From NCBI GenBank assembly GCA_963664435.2, contig CAXXKM010000001.1, forward strand, positions 512,001 through 576,000: 64,000 bases of DNA, read 5' to 3'. The notes beneath the pieces were generated by a model that saw only the letters and a program-made list of their open reading frames with translations, did not search any database and was not told the origin of the DNA. The translations under genes were made by a program, and so were the position numbers. This document shows, piece by piece, positions 60,881 through 64,000 of this stretch (positions are counted from its first letter, which is position 1; the number at the start of each line of letters is the position of its first letter). The stretch is from Longimicrobiales bacterium. Lineage in GTDB: Bacteria > Gemmatimonadota > Gemmatimonadetes > Longimicrobiales > Gaopeijiaceae.

Positions 60881-61417
60881 GTGAGCGGCGACCTGATCGC
60901 AGTCCTGGCCGTCGGAGTCGCGCTGGCCGGCCTCCAGTGGCGGATGGCCGGCGTGTTGCGGGCCGGCATGGCTTCCTTCAGGACGGAGACCGGGACGAAC
61001 CTGGAGGCGCTGCGGGTTGAAATGACGGAGGGCATGGGCGCGCTCAGGACCGAGCAGAGGGAAGACGCCGGCATGCTCCGAAACGGACTGAAGGAAGACA
61101 TCGGTACGCTCAGGACCGAAATGCGGGAGGACGTCGGCACCCTCAGGACCGAGATGCGGGAAGGCATCGGCACGCTCCGAAACGGACTGGAGGAAGACGT
61201 CGGTACGCTCAGGACCGAAATGCGGGAGGACGTCGGCACCCTCAGGACTGAGATGCGGGAAGGCATCGGCACGCTCAGGACCGAGATGCGAGAGGACATC
61301 GGTGCCCTCCGAGGCGACATGCGCGACGGGTTTGGTCAAGTGAATACGCGGCTTCGCTTTCTGGAAGAACGCGCCTTTCTGGGCCGGCCCCCGAGATCTG
61401 CGTCCGGAGATACCTGA
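60881..61417 (+). CDS. Membrane-anchored coiled-coil protein with 11-residue repeats
   Basis: N-terminal LIAVLAVGVALAGL then LRTEMREDVGT-type repeats, ends RLRFLE. Confidence 0.75.
   Translation: MSGDLIAVLAVGVALAGLQWRMAGVLRAGMASFRTETGTNLEALRVEMTEGMGALRTEQREDAGMLRNGLKEDIGTLRTEMREDVGTLRTEMREGIGTLRNGLEEDVGTLRTEMREDVGTLRTEMREGIGTLRTEMREDIGALRGDMRDGFGQVNTRLRFLEERAFLGRPPRSASGDT
60977..61339 (+). repeat. 33-bp coding tandem repeat, about 11 units, with 99-bp higher-order duplication
   Basis: Units start 60977, 61010, 61043, 61076...61307; 61076-61174 nearly identical to 61175-61273. Confidence 0.9.
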
Positions 61418-61614
61418 TCGCGACAGCGCCGGATGACCCCCGCCACGGGCGCGTGCGACGATAGCGTGATCCGCCCGCCGAAGGGCAGCTGAGCCGCCCT
61501 CTCCCGCACGAAGTCCTTCCCGAAGGCGGTGGAAGCGCCCGCAGGCTGGCGCCGCCCGGGGCGCTGCTCCATCATCCATGGCGTTGCCCCGAACACTTCC
61601 CGGAGGAACCGCCG

Positions 61615-63453
61615 ATGCCTCGATCCGCACACCATGTGGCCCTCATTGCCCTGGCGCTCTCGCCCTGGCTGACGACCGCTTGCGGTCCCGATCAGCGATC
61701 CGGCATGGGGACGGACATGAACGCGGACCTGCTGGCTGCCGCGGTGCGCGCGCGTATTTCGCCGGCCTCGCTCGAGCCCCACGCGACAGCCATCGTGGAG
61801 CACGAGCGCCTATCGGGGAGCGCGGGCGAGAACGCGGCGATCGACTATGTCGTCGAGACGCTCGAAGCGGCCGGCGTACCGGTGGAGGTGCACACCTTCG
61901 AGACCTACGTATCCGATCCGGTCTCCGCGTCGGTGTCCGTACCCAACGGCCCCGCTTTCAGCGCCATCACGTCGTCGTTCTCCGCCCCGGTGCGCTCGCT
62001 GCGCGCGCCGCTCGTCGACCTCGGTCCGCTTGCCGATCTGCCCCCCGTCGAGGTGGGCACGGGCGAACGCATTGTGCTCGCCGGGGAAGGAATGGATGGA
62101 GCCGCGGGACCGGTCCTTCCCGACGTCTCCGGGGCCATCGTGCTCGTGGACGGCCAGCCCAGGAACCTGCCGGTCATCGTTCTCGACCGGCTGGGAGCGG
62201 CGGGCGTGATCTTCGCCAACACGGAGGAACGGGTCAACGACCTGATCGTGACCTCCACGTGGGGAACGCCCTCCCTGCTCAACTACCACCGCCTGCCCGA
62301 CCTGCCCGTCGCCCACGTCGCGCGCAGCGCCGGAGAGCAACTGCGCGCCCTGCTCGCCCGGGGCCCGCTGGAGGTCATGCTCTCGGCCCAGACCGACACC
62401 GGGTGGAAGGAGCTGCGCCTCGCCATTGCCCGCATCCCCGGACCCGAGCCGGACGGTCCGTACGTCCTGTTCGGCGGACACATCGACGGATGGTATCATG
62501 CCGCAACCGACGAGGGGGCATCCAACGCGGCGATGCTCGACCTGGCGCTCGCATTCCATGCCGAGCGGGAGCGCCTGCGCCGGGGCCTGGTGGTGGCGTG
62601 GTGGCCGGGGCACTCCAACGCCCGCTACGGCGGTTCGACGTGGTTCGCCGACCACTTCTTCGAGGAGTTGCGCGAACGCGCGGTCGCCCATGTGAACGTG
62701 GACGGCATCGGGCAGATGGGAGCCCGCGTGCTCGCCGCGGCCACGACCGCGTCGATGGCCGAGCTCGCACGCTTCGCGATGCAGCGCGGGGAGGACGCCG
62801 ATATCCAGCCCACCCGGCCGGGACGGAACTCCGACCAGTCGTTCAACGGAGTCGGCGTGCCGCTCCTGCAGCTCTACCGCAACCGCGCGGAAGAGGACGG
62901 AGGGTATTGGTGGTGGCATACCCCCGAGGACACCTTCGACAAGATCGACTTCGACATCCTCGACCGCGACACCTACCTGTACGCCATTGCGCTGTCGGCG
63001 CTGCTCGGCCGCGCGTTGCTGCCGGTGGACGTGGTGGGCCAGGTCGAGACGCTGGGCGCCGCCATCGCCGCCCGCTCCGGGGCCGGAGACGGCCGATTCG
63101 ATCTCTCCCGGGCCTCCGAAGCCCACGCGGAACTCCTCGCGCTGGCGGGCCGGCTTCAGGAGGCGCTCCCCGGCGCGACCGGCTCGGCCGCGCTCGACAT
63201 GGCGCTCGTGGACGTGCTGCGCCCGCTGCATCGCATCCTGTACGTGCCCCTCACCCCGCACCACCCGGACGCGGGCGCGGTCCCCGGCCTCCTCCCCGGC
63301 CTCGCCCCGACACGGATCCTCGCCGAGGAGACGCCCGGAAGCGAACGCTACCGGCTGGCCATGGCCACGCTGGTGCGCGAGCGGAATCGCCTGCTGGAGG
63401 CCATCGCCGAATCGAACCGCCGCGCCGCCGCCCTGCTCGCATCGCTGGGATAA
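61615..63453 (+). CDS. M28 family peptidase with PA domain, lipoprotein
   Basis: TTAC lipobox-like; GGHIDGW, ATDEG, WWPGHS, NVDG, SDQSF, WWHTPEDT. Confidence 0.82.
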   Translation: MPRSAHHVALIALALSPWLTTACGPDQRSGMGTDMNADLLAAAVRARISPASLEPHATAIVEHERLSGSAGENAAIDYVVETLEAAGVPVEVHTFETYVSDPVSASVSVPNGPAFSAITSSFSAPVRSLRAPLVDLGPLADLPPVEVGTGERIVLAGEGMDGAAGPVLPDVSGAIVLVDGQPRNLPVIVLDRLGAAGVIFANTEERVNDLIVTSTWGTPSLLNYHRLPDLPVAHVARSAGEQLRALLARGPLEVMLSAQTDTGWKELRLAIARIPGPEPDGPYVLFGGHIDGWYHAATDEGASNAAMLDLALAFHAERERLRRGLVVAWWPGHSNARYGGSTWFADHFFEELRERAVAHVNVDGIGQMGARVLAAATTASMAELARFAMQRGEDADIQPTRPGRNSDQSFNGVGVPLLQLYRNRAEEDGGYWWWHTPEDTFDKIDFDILDRDTYLYAIALSALLGRALLPVDVVGQVETLGAAIAARSGAGDGRFDLSRASEAHAELLALAGRLQEALPGATGSAALDMALVDVLRPLHRILYVPLTPHHPDAGAVPGLLPGLAPTRILAEETPGSERYRLAMATLVRERNRLLEAIAESNRRAAALLASLG

Positions 63454-63507
63454 CTCAACCTGGAGCGCGACCGGCAGCTCCTTGCGGAGTGGAAGGCTTA
63501 GGAGCGG

Positions 63508-64000
63508 CTACACCCGGAAGAGCACGGACTCGCGCCCGTAGAGTCGAATCGAGCACCAGGTCAGGAGCGCGAAGCCCAGGGCGTTCACGCCGCCCAGAAG
63601 CGCCAGAGCCAGCCAGTCGATCTGTCCCTGAATGGCCTCCCGCATCGCCAGCGCGTTGCCCAGGATGGGGACCGCGTATACCGCAGCCCCGAAGGAGCCT
63701 GGCGCGAGCGCAAAGATGGCCAGGAAAACGGAAAGAAACACCAGCGGCGCGGTGTACATGCCCGCCTCGCGCTGTGAGCGCGCCCAGGTGCCGATCACCA
63801 TGACCAGCGCCGACACCAGCAGGGCGAGCGCGGCCAGGTTCACGGCCAGCGCCACCACCTGCGCGGGCGCCAGCGACAGCCCGCCCGCCCCGGCGAAGTC
63901 CTCGGGCGCCAGCCCCAGCCGGGCCGCCATCATCATCCCGACGATCAACAGGAGCGACGCCACCACCGCGAAGGTCATGATGGCCAGGCTCTTGCCGATC
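63508..64000 (-). CDS. ABC transporter permease (NatB-like), C-terminal part
   Basis: GKSLAI, ARSQREAG, VPILG, LYGRESVLFR; runs off right edge. Confidence 0.7.
   Translation of the reverse strand, partial: IGKSLAIMTFAVVASLLLIVGMMMAARLGLAPEDFAGAGGLSLAPAQVVALAVNLAALALLVSALVMVIGTWARSQREAGMYTAPLVFLSVFLAIFALAPGSFGAAVYAVPILGNALAMREAIQGQIDWLALALLGGVNALGFALLTWCSIRLYGRESVLFRV

Noticed and set aside
60977..61339. CRISPR array
   Set aside because: Repeats are contiguous, in frame and coding, with no unique spacers and no cas genes

Overview
GC-rich bacterial chromosomal window, mostly metabolic and housekeeping genes. The gene content (many lipoprotein/secreted peptidases and amidases, a sup-type PKS) suggests a marine, probably sponge-associated heterotroph, possibly Gemmatimonadota-like; that taxonomy is inference only. 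In order: molybdate ABC operon with an XRE-HTH/PBP regulator; a trypsin-TM-FHA protein plus a stand-alone FHA protein; amidase; divergently placed ilvB/ilvH; several secreted hydrolases; a ~0.8 kb integrase-less islet at the 3' end of tRNA-Ala(TGC) carrying only a BrnT/BrnA toxin-antitoxin pair; gmhB/heptose kinase; amidase, proline dehydrogenase, creatininase, dehydratase and M50 genes; an unannotated ~280-nt promoter-bounded structured unit with a perfect-SD small ORF; a 10.3 kb iterative PKS (KS-AT-DH-cMT-ER-KR-ACP-KS-AT0) with NCS2 permease, frameshifted alpha/beta hydrolase and free ACP (sup-like cluster, no PPTase); purE-greA, tyrS; a menF-D-B-A-E cluster lacking menH/menC; Tat-exported aminotransferase; ActP-type symporter; D-aminoacylase; cyclase; an 11-residue-repeat coiled-coil protein; M28 peptidase; partial ABC permease. 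All calls come from motifs read by eye; no database searches were run.
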